Shown here: in pieces, positions 28,081 to 38,225 of the stretch
Numbering within the stretch: the stretch's first letter is position 1
How the letters are laid out: each line of letters starts with the position of its first letter
Assembly (NCBI GenBank): GCA_963716985.1
Contig: OY970323.1
Location: 1,728,001-1,792,000, forward strand
Direction: 5' to 3'
Length of the DNA: 64,000 bases
Source of the DNA: an uncultured bacterium
GTDB lineage: Bacteria; Chlamydiota; Chlamydiia; Chlamydiales; SM23-39
Made by a program: the position numbers and the translations under genes
The notes under the pieces: generated by a model
What the model saw: the letters and a program-made list of their open reading frames with translations, nothing else
Told to the model about the DNA's origin: nothing
The model's database searches: none

Positions 28081-28774
28081 CGGAAACGTCATTGAAAAAA
28101 AGAGCATTCCCTGTTCCACCTATGGCAAAAGCACAAACGCTCGTCTTGCCATTATCGGAGATGCCAGTAAAGAGATCGTAGAATATGCCCTTCAAAAAGA
28201 AAAACCCCTTGTTCTGGAAGATCTGAACTTCCAAAAGAAAAAACAAACCCTGAGAGAATCCAATAACAAATATAGCCGGCTCCTCTCCTCTTTTTCCTAC
28301 AGCCAAATACTCAGCCACATAGAATCTAAAGCTTTTAGAGAGGGAATCGAAATCTACCATGTAAATCCCGCCTATACAACAATCATAGGAGAGGTAAAAT
28401 TCACAAAAAGATAGGGGCTGTCGAAACATCACGCGGCAGCTTTCGTCATCGCAAGACGAAAAGATGGTTTTTCAGAAAAGCCTCCTCGATATCTAGAAAT
28501 AGATACAGAAAACTCCAAGTCCGCTTTTTCCCAACCCGTGTGGAAGATGGAAAAACACGTTTGGTGTTTTTATAGGGCGCTAAGTAAGAAGAAAAAAGCG
28601 GCACATACAGTGCATTTACCGACGAAAAGATCCTCAAAACAATTGAGAGACAGCCGGAAAGCTTTGGTAGATTATGGGTGAAAAACCATACGCGAATCGT
28701 CAACAAAACTGCTTGGTTGGCGTATCAATGCAAATTTTTAAAATACCCGTATTTGCATAGATTTTTAGTAGCGG
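28079..28774 (+). pseudogene. tnpB: TnpB-related nuclease remnant (IS607/IS605 type) with putative right end
   Basis: 28079-28681 translates PLVLEDLNF...VNPAYTTIIG.VKF.KR*GLS.HHAAAFVIARR; internal TAG at 28412; 5' part missing. Confidence 0.75.
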
Positions 28775-28871
28775 CTAATCTTTCCTATGACGATGTTGTC
28801 ATAAATCAAAAAATGAGCCGATCCCAGAAATAGATGAGGCATTTTATCGCATGCTTACTTGAAGAAAATCC

Positions 28872-28902
28872 CCTTAACCACTAACGTTATTAGTAGTTAA
28901 GG
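28872..28902. promoter_or_regulatory. Inverted repeat, putative AbiEi operator
   Basis: CCTTAACCACTAA-N5-TTAGTAGTTAAGG (12/13) just upstream of abiEi. Confidence 0.6.
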
Positions 28903-28917
28903 AGAATATCTGCAAGT

Positions 28918-29724
28918 ATGGATATGGAAGCATTTCTGGCTAATAATCAGATCTTTACGATCGAAGAAGCGAGAACAGCTCTTGAAGTGGAAAAAAGCAG
29001 CAGTACTCTAGACAACTTGCTCTCCTACCATCTTCGACAAGGGCATATCATCCGGATTCGGAAGGGCCTTTATTATACAATTCCCAGAGGCGCTGATGCG
29101 AAAACTCACCCGATTGATCCTTATCTCATCGCCAGTAAAATGACCTCCGATGCTACTTTGGCATACCATACATCTTTGGGTTTTCATGGGAAGCTTCATT
29201 CTTTACGAACTGATTTTGTCTACGTTACGCAAAAAAAATTAAAGCCTCCTTTTATTTTTCGTAATACTTCCTTTAAAGGCATTTCTATTCCTAAAGGAAC
29301 TTTAGCTAATTCCGATTTCGGTATTGAAATAGTCGATTATCAGGGATGCAAGATTCGGGTTACAACTTTAGAACGTACTTTTGTGGATATTCTCGATAGG
29401 CCAACTCTGATCGACAACTGGGAGGAAATTTGGCGCTCCCTAGAATCTATTGAATATCTCAATCTTCAACAGGTATTGGCTTATGCAAGGCTTCTCAATA
29501 ACGCGACCACTTATGCTCGAGTAGCATTCTTTCTTGATCAACATCGTGAAACGCTCAGCCTTTCAGAAAAAGATCTAGTAGCTTTTGACGTTTTTAAATC
29601 TAAAAGCCCCCATTATTTAGATCGTCATAACAAAGAGCCAAACCAGCTTATTACCAGATGGAACCTTATCGTTCCAAAATCATTATTCCATAGAACTTGG
29701 GAAGAATCTCATGAAAATTTCTAA
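28918..29724 (+). CDS. abiEi: Type IV TA antitoxin / transcriptional regulator (AbiEi family)
   Basis: N-terminal wHTH RIRKGLY, AYHTSL.FHG, VTTLERTFVD; overlaps the toxin gene. Confidence 0.85.
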   Translation: MDMEAFLANNQIFTIEEARTALEVEKSSSTLDNLLSYHLRQGHIIRIRKGLYYTIPRGADAKTHPIDPYLIASKMTSDATLAYHTSLGFHGKLHSLRTDFVYVTQKKLKPPFIFRNTSFKGISIPKGTLANSDFGIEIVDYQGCKIRVTTLERTFVDILDRPTLIDNWEEIWRSLESIEYLNLQQVLAYARLLNNATTYARVAFFLDQHRETLSLSEKDLVAFDVFKSKSPHYLDRHNKEPNQLITRWNLIVPKSLFHRTWEESHENF

Positions 29725-30694
29725 AGAATTGCTCATTAGAGAATCAGGCTGCACGGGTTTTCGTGTGGAAATATTGGAAAAAGTTTGGCAGCTGATGAAT
29801 ATTCTTGAGGGAATTAATGCCCATCCTTTTTTGCAAGAGCGCCTAGTGTTAAAAGGTGGTACTGCTCTAAATCTTTTTGTCTTCGATCTTCCTCGGCTTT
29901 CAGTTGATATTGATTTAAATTATATAGGAATGCCGGATCGTGAAGGAATGATGAGCGAACGCCCCATAGTTGAGAAGGCCCTGGAAGCTGTTTTTCAACG
30001 AGAGAACCTTATGATACGTCGTATTCCTACCAAACATGCTGGCGGAAAATGGCAGCTGAGGTATCGAAGTGTCCTTGGTAATCAGAGTAATCTGGAAGTT
30101 GACCTGAATTTTATGTTCAGAATCCCACTTTGGGATGTTCAAAAATGCTCCTCTAAAGTCACTGGCCACCATCAAATACATGGAATTCGGATTCTTGATT
30201 TTCATGAGCTGGCAGCCGGAAAATTGACCGCTTTATTTGCTCGGAATGCATCACGCGATTTATTCGATGCTCATCACCTATTAACCAATACAAAGTTCAA
30301 CTTGCAGCGGTTACGATTAGCCTTTATTCTCTATATCGGCATGAGTTCAATTAAAAATCCCCAAGAAATCTCCCCTGAATCCCTTTTGTTCGATGAAGCC
30401 AATTTTCGACAACAGCTTCTGCCTGTTCTGCGTAATATCAAGAACGAGCAAGACCATCGATCTTGGAAAGAAATCAAACTTCAAGAATGCAAACAGGCTC
30501 TTGCAACACTGTTTCCTTTTACTGAACAAGAAAGAGAGTTTCTAAAAATCCTCATTGAAAAAGGAGAAATTCGCGCATCTCTGCTTACAAATGAACCTGC
30601 TATGCAATCCAAAATAGAAAAATTACCTTCCCTTCATTGGAGAGCATCGCTTGTTCAACCAGCAGCACTGCAAGGGACGAAAAACTTATCTTGA
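29711..30694 (+). CDS. abiEii: Type IV TA nucleotidyltransferase toxin (AbiEii family)
   Basis: LKGGTALN, RLSVDIDL, KL.AL..R...RDLFD. Confidence 0.9.
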   Translation: MKISKELLIRESGCTGFRVEILEKVWQLMNILEGINAHPFLQERLVLKGGTALNLFVFDLPRLSVDIDLNYIGMPDREGMMSERPIVEKALEAVFQRENLMIRRIPTKHAGGKWQLRYRSVLGNQSNLEVDLNFMFRIPLWDVQKCSSKVTGHHQIHGIRILDFHELAAGKLTALFARNASRDLFDAHHLLTNTKFNLQRLRLAFILYIGMSSIKNPQEISPESLLFDEANFRQQLLPVLRNIKNEQDHRSWKEIKLQECKQALATLFPFTEQEREFLKILIEKGEIRASLLTNEPAMQSKIEKLPSLHWRASLVQPAALQGTKNLS

Positions 30695-30716
30695 CAAGCT
30701 CAATAACCAAGTCCCT

Positions 30717-30985
30717 GATTTGGAAATCACTGATACGGCCTTCCAGAAGTATACTCGATATGGAGTGATCCTTTTGAAAGACTTGACTTGGTATTTTTCA
30801 GGAGGCTGGGTTAGAGGCTAAAAGGAAACTACTTGGCTCGATCTTTCCGGCAAAATTGGTTTTTCAGGATGGAAAATATCGAACCGATAGGTTAAATCCA
30901 ACGTTAGCGATTATCTTGCAGAAAACCAAAACTTAGAAAAAAAAATGTGGAGACATTGTCATTTTCGAGAATGTCTCCGGGGATG
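30717..30985 (+). pseudogene. Large serine recombinase C-terminal remnant (frameshifted)
   Basis: FQKYTRYGVILLKDLTWYF / QEAGLEAKRKLLGSIFPAKLVFQDGKYRT resembles tRNA-targeting recombinase tails. Confidence 0.55.
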
Positions 30986-31069
30986 TGCCGATGACTGGAA
31001 TCGAACCAGCACCTTGTTGCCAAGAACAGATTTTGAGTCTGCCGCGTCTACCAATTCCGCCACATCGGC
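30986..31069 (-). tRNA. tRNA-Leu(CAA)
   Basis: GCCGATGTGGCGGAATTGGTAGACGC...CT-CAA-AA...GGTTCGATTCC...CATCGGCA; long variable arm. Confidence 0.95.
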
Positions 31070-31205
31070 CCTAAGAAATAAGAATCAATCCTGCCATAAA
31101 GAAGATTTTCTTTAAAGAAGTGTATGGCGCTTGTCTATCCAAAAGAATGTGGGTTCGCAGACAAGACAACGACAATCTCAGGGAAATTGCTTCAGTCAAA
31201 TCATT

Positions 31206-32727
31206 CTCGACTTTGTACATTTTTCGATCTGATAGCCCAAAGTCATTTGCTTCAATCCATAAAATAAAAAGTTGATAGAGAGTGCCGCTTCGCGCATACT
31301 ATTTGGTTCAGTAAAACAAAATGGCAGGCTCTCATGGACTCTCTATCGTCAAACATTTTAGCAGTACTCACCCCTTTTTCAGTACTTTTTTCAAATCCTT
31401 CTTGGAAAAAAGCCCTGACCTTATTACTTGGCACGCTTTTATGCACTGGCAAGAGAACCGTGTGTGCGGCTCTGCGCGCAATGGGTCTTGAGCATCAGGC
31501 GGGTTTTTCAAAGTACCATCACCTTTTAAACCGGGCGGAATGGTCGTCACTCAAGGCAGCGAAAATCCTATTCTTTATGTTGCTTATCTTTGTCTCCGAT
31601 CAGCATCCTTTGGTTCTGCTCATTGACGAGACATTGGAGCGCAGGCGTGGCAAGAAGATAAAAGCAAAGGGCTATTATCGAGATGCGGTTCGATCGTCAC
31701 AGTCTCGAGTGGTCAAGGCCATGGGTTTGAAGTGGCAGGTTATGGCGCTCTCTGTGAAATTGCCGTTTATGTCGAGAGCACTTGCATTGCCTTTTTTGAG
31801 TGCATTGGAGCCTTCTAAAAAATGTGATGAAGCGAAGAAACGTCGCCACAAGACCTCATTAAAATGGGCAAGTCAGATGGTCTTGCAGGTGCGTCGATGG
31901 GTAGGTAAGGCGCGATCATTAATTCTTGTTGGCGATGGAGGATATGCTGCGGGACAATTGTCTTTGGACTGTATCTGTGCCGGTGTTACGCTCGTTTCGC
32001 GGCTGAAAATGAATGCAGCCCTGTTCGATTTCCCGGCCGAAAAGCGTCCTGGTCAAAGGGGACGTACTGCACAGAAAGGCGTCAAATTGCAAAATTTTAA
32101 ACAGATGCTATCTCTGAAGGGATTGCCCTGGAAAGAAATGGAAGTAGTCGGTTACGGCGGAGAGAAACGGGTAGCTCGCGTGCTGTCTAACACATGTATG
32201 TGGGGAGCCGATGGAGCGACTCCTATTCCCATCCGATGGACTTTGGTGGTGGATCCTACAGGAAAACTTGATCCTCTACCTCTTATGAGCACAGATCCAC
32301 TCATGACGGCAGAACGTATGATAGAATTATTTATCGATCGCTGGGGACTTGAGGTCACATTCGAAGAAACACGCGAACATCTTGGCGTAGAGACCCAGCG
32401 GCAATGGTCGGATCGAGCAATAGCCCGATCGACTCCCATATTGATGGGGCTATATAGTTGTGTATGCCTAATGGCAAATCGATTGGGACAGGTAAAGTTG
32501 CTGAAAGTAGAGGCAACTGCTTGGCACCAAAAAGAACAAGTCACATTTTCCGATATGTTGAGGGCTGTGCGCATGGTAATATGGAGGGATAATTTAATTT
32601 CCGGGAAGGCTAAAATCACCCCTTCCGTGGAAAATATTACTCCAGAAATGGTGGATTGGATGGATGATATAGTAAGACGAATGCTTCAGGCGGCCTGAGC
32701 TAAGCCGCTAAAAGTTGCAAAGTCGAG
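31206..32727 (+). mobile_element. IS701-like insertion sequence, copy 2
   Basis: Same TIRs and length (1522 bp) as copy 1; 6-bp TSD ATCATT. Confidence 0.9.
31334..32698 (+). CDS. DDE transposase (IS701-like)
   Basis: Near-identical to 18213..19577. Confidence 0.88.
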   Translation: MDSLSSNILAVLTPFSVLFSNPSWKKALTLLLGTLLCTGKRTVCAALRAMGLEHQAGFSKYHHLLNRAEWSSLKAAKILFFMLLIFVSDQHPLVLLIDETLERRRGKKIKAKGYYRDAVRSSQSRVVKAMGLKWQVMALSVKLPFMSRALALPFLSALEPSKKCDEAKKRRHKTSLKWASQMVLQVRRWVGKARSLILVGDGGYAAGQLSLDCICAGVTLVSRLKMNAALFDFPAEKRPGQRGRTAQKGVKLQNFKQMLSLKGLPWKEMEVVGYGGEKRVARVLSNTCMWGADGATPIPIRWTLVVDPTGKLDPLPLMSTDPLMTAERMIELFIDRWGLEVTFEETREHLGVETQRQWSDRAIARSTPILMGLYSCVCLMANRLGQVKLLKVEATAWHQKEQVTFSDMLRAVRMVIWRDNLISGKAKITPSVENITPEMVDWMDDIVRRMLQAA

Positions 32728-32891
32728 ATCATTCTATTTATAGCGCAGATATGCTAATGAATCATTACCCAAGCATCAGGAGGAGCACATTATAGTTTTT
32801 GAACTTATAATAATTTTTTTTAAAAATTGACAAAGTAAAATTTATTTATTAATTTTCTCTGCCTTCAAGTTTTTCACAAAGGAGGTCTAAA

Positions 32892-33296
32892 ATGAGTATT
32901 GATGCAATTGATTCAGCAACATTTATTCAAGACGCAGCCATTGGTGAAGAAATAGTAAAAGAATCCTTCGAGGACAAAGCTTCCGAGACTTCTTCTCTTG
33001 TTCAAAAATGCATGAAAAATAAAACCTTCTCCCATTGTGATTCATTAAAACCTGCAATCGTTTTATGCAGGGAGAAAGAGACCAATTCCTCAAGTGATAA
33101 CCAAAAGGGGGAATGGCATGGAGGTTATGGGGGCAATGCAAAAATGGATGAGCAAGGAAAGAAGTCTCTTAATTTCGATGCTCACCAGGAATATAAAGAC
33201 CAAAATTCAGGATCGAGCACTCGAGTTAGAGAATCCATATCCGTTGATGAAAAAGGAAAAGTATCTGGCCAGGTCGGTGTAGACCATACTTGGTAG
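32892..33296 (+). CDS. Hypothetical protein
   Basis: AAGGAGG RBS; followed by hairpin AGGGAGCG/CGCTCCCT. Confidence 0.7.
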   Translation: MSIDAIDSATFIQDAAIGEEIVKESFEDKASETSSLVQKCMKNKTFSHCDSLKPAIVLCREKETNSSSDNQKGEWHGGYGGNAKMDEQGKKSLNFDAHQEYKDQNSGSSTRVRESISVDEKGKVSGQVGVDHTW

Positions 33297-33378
33297 TTTT
33301 TCTATGCAAACATGCGAAATTTAGGGAGCGGGCTTGATCGCTCCCTAATATGTAGAAAAAGTTTTTTGCCAAGAGGCC

Positions 33379-34329
33379 TTGATGACAAAAAGAAAATATC
33401 TTGCATTCTTAACAATTTTGATTTTTTTGGGATGCGCGTCAGCCTTAATTTGGCGTTTTTCTCTTCCAAAAAATCACTGCGCAATTCCTATTCACTTTTT
33501 ACCCTGTTTCGATACTCCCTGTACGATTGCTGAAGTTGAGGGACGCGAATATTGTTTAATATTTGATTTGGGAATGGGACTTCCCTGCGCTCTTCACAAA
33601 AAAATCTTAGAAACTTTCAAGAAAGAATCTTATGGAACGGCTTCATGGAGTGACTTTAAGGGAAATAAATACAAATCCCCCATCTATACCATTCCAAAAT
33701 TCAAAATTGGGAAAGCAACATTTACACATATGCGGATTCATGAGGAAAGCCAGGATTTTGCAAGCAACGTTATTTCTTCTCTTCCGGGCAATATAAAAGA
33801 TAAAGAAGAGTATGACGATCAAATTGACGGATTTTTAGGATTGGGTTTGTTTCTTGAGACAAAATTACCTGCGCTTTTTTTGGACTTAAACCATTCTACA
33901 GTATTCATGATCGAGAATATCAACGACTTTGATGAGAATAGATATTCCATTAAGAATATGGTTAAAATCCCTTTGGAAAGAGCACACTCTTGCCTTGCGA
34001 TCGAGGTGGACACAGATTTCGGAAAAAAAAGATTCCTCCTAGACACGGGAGCTACTGAGAATTTGATCAATTCTTCTCTACTCTCTGATGCTTTTTCTGT
34101 CGAAAGCTCCCCGCAGGGAAAAGAGCTTCTGTTTACTTCTTTCAAATTTCAGATCGGGGGTAAGAATTTTGGAAACGAAAAATTCTCCCCTTCCTCGATC
34201 AGCCCTGCTTTTAACGATATCGATGGAATTTTAGGGATGTCCTTTTTTAGAAAATATGCAGTTTTTTTGGATTTTAATAACAACCTCGCCTATATCGGCC
34301 CGAGTCAGGCTAAAAATTCAAGAAACTGA
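33379..34329 (+). CDS. Retropepsin-like aspartic protease, two domains, N-terminal anchor
   Basis: IFDLG...DGFLG and LLDTGA...DGILGMSF. Confidence 0.8.
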   Translation: MMTKRKYLAFLTILIFLGCASALIWRFSLPKNHCAIPIHFLPCFDTPCTIAEVEGREYCLIFDLGMGLPCALHKKILETFKKESYGTASWSDFKGNKYKSPIYTIPKFKIGKATFTHMRIHEESQDFASNVISSLPGNIKDKEEYDDQIDGFLGLGLFLETKLPALFLDLNHSTVFMIENINDFDENRYSIKNMVKIPLERAHSCLAIEVDTDFGKKRFLLDTGATENLINSSLLSDAFSVESSPQGKELLFTSFKFQIGGKNFGNEKFSPSSISPAFNDIDGILGMSFFRKYAVFLDFNNNLAYIGPSQAKNSRN

Positions 34330-34600
34330 TCAAGAAAAATGAGAAAAGTAAATTTTTCTCTCGCGGTCAGTATGTCCATTTTCTCTGGACTTAATGGCTG
34401 TGCAATTCCTTGTTCTATTCGCTCCTTCACTCTCCCAAGTCTTTTTGCGGGAAAATGCATGCATTGCTTTTCAGAGAAAGGAAGGTTCGTGTCAAAGAAA
34501 AAGACTGGTATGATTTTGTTTGGGTTTTTTCTCCAAAAATACCACTGCATTTAGCTCATTTGGAAGCTCGGATACGGCAGACTTTGATTCCAAAGATTTC

Positions 34601-35821
34601 CTATTTTTGAGAGGCCATTGCATCTGCCGCAATCCACCCCGATGTCCAGCCGTGCTGCAGATTGAATCCCCCCGTCCTCCCGTCGACATCTAAAATTTCT
34701 CCCGCAAAGTAGAGGCGAGGAACATTGCGGCTCTCAAAGGTCTTGCAATCTACCTCTTTCAAACAAACGCCTCCGCAAAGAACAAATTCTCCCTTGTCCG
34801 ATCTCCTGTTTTTGATTCGGTAAAGGTCCTCGGTGAGTTTTTCTGCAAGAAGTTGCAGCGATTTGTCCGCAAGATGAGTCATCAAACAATCCTCCGAAAT
34901 GCGGCAAAGCTCCAAAAACTTTTTCCAAAGACGCTGCGATAAGCCAAACAGAGCAGTTTTTCCCATTCGTGTCAGAGGTTTTTCCCTTTTAAGTTTTTTT
35001 AATAGAGAAAAAGACTCTTCTTTTTTCATGCTGCCAAGCCAATCGACCAAAAGCTCTGCTTGATAGGATCTCTCAGACAAAAATCGCGCCGCCCAAGAGG
35101 AAAGATTCAAAATGCTAGGGCCGCTAAAGCCAAAATGGGTGATGAGAAGCGACCCCGTCTCTTTGAACGGTGTTTCCTTCATTGAAACAAGAGCGCTATC
35201 GACACTCACCCCGGATAAATCTTTTAAAGCAAACGAATCGATCTCAAAGGAAAAGAGCGAAGGAACAGTCGCCACAATCCGATGACCCAAAGATGCGGCA
35301 AGGGAATGCCCGTCTGAACTATTTCCCGAGGCCAAAAGAAGAAAATCAGAAAAGAGCAAATCCCCCGTCTTCAAGGAAAGTTCAAATCCTTCTTTTTTTC
35401 TTTCGATGGAAACAATCTCCTGTCCGAATCGAACATCCACTTGAAGGCGCTCTAGCTCTTGTGAAAGACAATCCACAATGGTTTTGGCTTTTCCGCTTTG
35501 GGGAAACACCCGCCCATTTTCTTCGACTTTGAGAAAAACGCCATGTGCTTCAAACCAGTCCATTGCATCTTTCGAAGAAAATCGTGAAAAACTGGAGAGC
35601 AGCTCTTTTCTCCCTCTTGGATAATTTTGCGCAAAAGAGTGCAAGTCAAACGTCGCATTAGTGAGATTGCATCTCCCTCCGCCTGTGAGAAGAACCTTGC
35701 TCAATAGAGCGTCTGTTTTTTCCAAAAGAATGACCGAAAGGCCTCTTTCAGCTGCCCGAATCGCGGCAAATACTCCAGCAGCACCTCCACCCACAATGAT
35801 CAGTTTTTTCGACTTATTCAT
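34601..35821 (-). CDS. HI0933/BaiN-family flavoprotein
   Basis: GGGAAG, TGGGRCNLTN, GRVFP, LITHFGFSGP, GEILDVDG.TGGFNLQ. Confidence 0.93.
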   Translation of the reverse strand: MNKSKKLIIVGGGAAGVFAAIRAAERGLSVILLEKTDALLSKVLLTGGGRCNLTNATFDLHSFAQNYPRGRKELLSSFSRFSSKDAMDWFEAHGVFLKVEENGRVFPQSGKAKTIVDCLSQELERLQVDVRFGQEIVSIERKKEGFELSLKTGDLLFSDFLLLASGNSSDGHSLAASLGHRIVATVPSLFSFEIDSFALKDLSGVSVDSALVSMKETPFKETGSLLITHFGFSGPSILNLSSWAARFLSERSYQAELLVDWLGSMKKEESFSLLKKLKREKPLTRMGKTALFGLSQRLWKKFLELCRISEDCLMTHLADKSLQLLAEKLTEDLYRIKNRRSDKGEFVLCGGVCLKEVDCKTFESRNVPRLYFAGEILDVDGRTGGFNLQHGWTSGWIAADAMASQK

Positions 35822-36276
35822 AACGTGTTTAAAAACATGTAAATGAAATACTTAAAGTTAGGAAACAATCATAACGGGCTTGATGGTTTGATTGCACCAA
35901 AGAGTTTTTAAAATACTTTTTTTTGAATTTTCCGGACATTGCTGAGATGCCGGCAAAATCAGCTGAATTATAGTGTAAATACTATAGATTTTTTATATTT
36001 ATATTCCCTATAAGCATAAAAAATATTGAATATTGGACTTTACGACTTAGGTATTAAAAAGGGTTGTTTTTCTCTATGGAAAATCGAGTATTACCCTAAT
36101 ATCGTGTTTTAAAATTTTGCATATGCCTTTAGACATATCTGTAGGGGCATTTACGCAAATCATTTCTTTGTTTTTTTACGCTAACCCGGAAAGTCCCGCT
36201 AAGCTATTTTCTTTTATGGTCTGCTGTCAAATATTGCCACTTTTGGGACCCAAGTGGGCCATAAGTGTGCCGATGC

Positions 36277-37140
36277 TTAAACTGGTGGCAAAAGAATATT
36301 TTGAGGAAGATCACTAGAATTTTGCAAAGCCTTTTCATCCTGGCTTTTGATTCTCCTTTCTAGTTTCTTGACATCTTCTTCCGGAGGCAATTCTTCAGGA
36401 TAGATGTTGCTCTTTGCTAACACTTGCCGAACGTCTTGATTATTTTTTTCATGCTCTTTCGTAATTTGAAGCTCTCCCTGCAAATTTTCTTTTTTTACAT
36501 TAAAGTGAGTTATTTCAGCTGCAAAATCTTTAGCCTTGATTGTGATGGTAGGCAAAAAATCAGCAAGGGGCCGGGTAGTAGGGACTCCCAGTTTTTTCTT
36601 CATTTGTATGGTAGTGCGCCCACCAAAAAGAGCTTGATCTCCTCTGCTGCGAACGCGCGCGAACCCTTGATCATCAATACCATGTTCATAAAGAGTTGTT
36701 GACAGCTCTTTTTCTGTGTGCATAAGCTTTCTTCGAGCTTCAAGACGTTCCCATTCACGAATACGCTTCTCTAAAATTTCTTGTTTTCTTGTCTGAATTG
36801 CAAAGTAAGTCTGAGCAAAAGCTATGCTTTCTTTACGCGAGTCCCCGTTTTGAGCAATCAAATAACAGGCATAACGAGAAAGAACTATATCCAAAACCTC
36901 TCGCACCCCTTCTGAGCCAATCATCACCATTCTGTTGACCTCAACAAAATGGTCATCAAGAGAGCGTCCAGAATTTTGGCAAGCAATTTTTGCTTTTTCA
37001 ATCACCTTACAGAAGTTTCGCCATTCTTCATACTCCAGTAGTTTTTGAAGATCTCTAGCCATCCAATATTCGATCTCTGCTTCTATGTGGACGCTTTCTT
37101 CAAAATTTTTCGTTAGTTTTACAAGAGTATCTTTCTTCAT
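36277..37140 (-). CDS. dinD: DNA damage-inducible protein D (Bro-N domain)
   Basis: W.ARDLQ.LL.Y..WRNF, LSRYACYLIAQNGDSRK, AQTYFAIQTR, RPLADFLPTITIKAK. Confidence 0.9.
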   Translation of the reverse strand: MKKDTLVKLTKNFEESVHIEAEIEYWMARDLQKLLEYEEWRNFCKVIEKAKIACQNSGRSLDDHFVEVNRMVMIGSEGVREVLDIVLSRYACYLIAQNGDSRKESIAFAQTYFAIQTRKQEILEKRIREWERLEARRKLMHTEKELSTTLYEHGIDDQGFARVRSRGDQALFGGRTTIQMKKKLGVPTTRPLADFLPTITIKAKDFAAEITHFNVKKENLQGELQITKEHEKNNQDVRQVLAKSNIYPEELPPEEDVKKLERRIKSQDEKALQNSSDLPQNILLPPV

Positions 37141-37258
37141 CGAGCACCTCAAATGCATAAAAATGCTGGAACAACTCACAAATTTACCAGAGAAAAGAAT
37201 ATATAATAAAATGAAAAAGGCAGCCAGGGTTTTCACTCTAACTGCCTCTTAATCAGAA

Positions 37259-37286
37259 CTCCGGATGTGAGATTCGAACCTACGAC
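37259..37286 (-). repeat. tRNA 3'-half fragment (Asn-like), att-like
   Basis: GTCGTAGGTTCGAATCTCACATCCGGAG; terminator 37214-37250 downstream. Confidence 0.55.
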
Positions 37287-37389
37287 GGGTTAGAGCAGGA
37301 ATGAGTTAAACTATGCCTACTCTAACCCTATGCAATATTATAAGCTCTACCGAGAATAACACGTCTGTCTGCCAAAAAAATCTTATGAC

Positions 37390-38199
37390 TTAATTAGATT
37401 TCAAAGGCCCGCTCACCTTCTCCCAGCTAAAAGTCACATTTTCTTTGCGTGTGCGGTCATAGCGCACTTGAACGCCGATGTAGGGATTGCCATGTTGATT
37501 ATCAAAATCTCTTCCTTCCTGTTTTTTATAAAGCTTGATGAATATTTCTTTGTTATACCAAGGAAGAGTCGAGACGTTCGTCTGCTTTTGAAAGCGTTGA
37601 AAATGGGTAAACTCCGGCTGTTTTTTCGTTAGAGGGTCTTGCTGATAATACTCTTGTAGAATACCCACGATCTTTTCCGGCTCATTCTCCATTCCGGCAA
37701 CGTAAAAATCCACCTCGGCTCCCATCATGTGCTTGGAGCTCATATTTTCTTTGGATGGATCTGCGTAGGTATTATGGCGCAAACACCTGTGGCCGCAAGT
37801 GATCACTACCCGTTTTTGCGTCTTTTTTTGCACATAGTTCAAAAGATCTGGAAGAATTGGATAAACCCCTTCTTTCCCCTGAATGAAGGGCAAAGGATGC
37901 CTTTTTCCCCCTTCGCAATCCACAACCACTTCTTGATTGTCTAAACGAATCGTTTGCGGACTTGCTGCGCTACCTTTGCAGCGAAAATATTCTTTTGTGA
38001 TTTTCGCAAAGGCTTGATCTTTTCCCTTTTCCCAAGGATAGGGCTCTCGCTTTCTCGAGCAAGGAGTGGTGAGAAAAAAATAAAAATCCTTCGATTTTCT
38101 TCGAATATCTTCCGGCTTTTCTAAAGCTGACTCTGCCCAGGTAAAATCTCCCTGTATGAAGAAGAGAAAAAAAAGAAAAAAGATCCCGTTCTTTTTCAT
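37390..38199 (-). CDS. Conserved chlamydial exported protein with peptidase M15-like motifs (CT465-like)
   Basis: Signal peptide; ITCGHRC..HN, SKHMMGAEVDF; divergent from ctcB. Confidence 0.65.
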   Translation of the reverse strand: MKKNGIFFLFFLFFIQGDFTWAESALEKPEDIRRKSKDFYFFLTTPCSRKREPYPWEKGKDQAFAKITKEYFRCKGSAASPQTIRLDNQEVVVDCEGGKRHPLPFIQGKEGVYPILPDLLNYVQKKTQKRVVITCGHRCLRHNTYADPSKENMSSKHMMGAEVDFYVAGMENEPEKIVGILQEYYQQDPLTKKQPEFTHFQRFQKQTNVSTLPWYNKEIFIKLYKKQEGRDFDNQHGNPYIGVQVRYDRTRKENVTFSWEKVSGPLKSN

Positions 38200-38225
38200 G
38201 GAAAATCTCGTTTTCGAATCAATAT

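Noticed and set aside
36145..36270. TTTACGC boxes resembling the arm motif, downstream of dinD
   Set aside because: Only 7-bp matches with different spacing; could be chance
37259..37360. Complete tRNA with an intron-like hairpin
   Set aside because: No 5' acceptor strand or anticodon arm can be built; treated as a fragment
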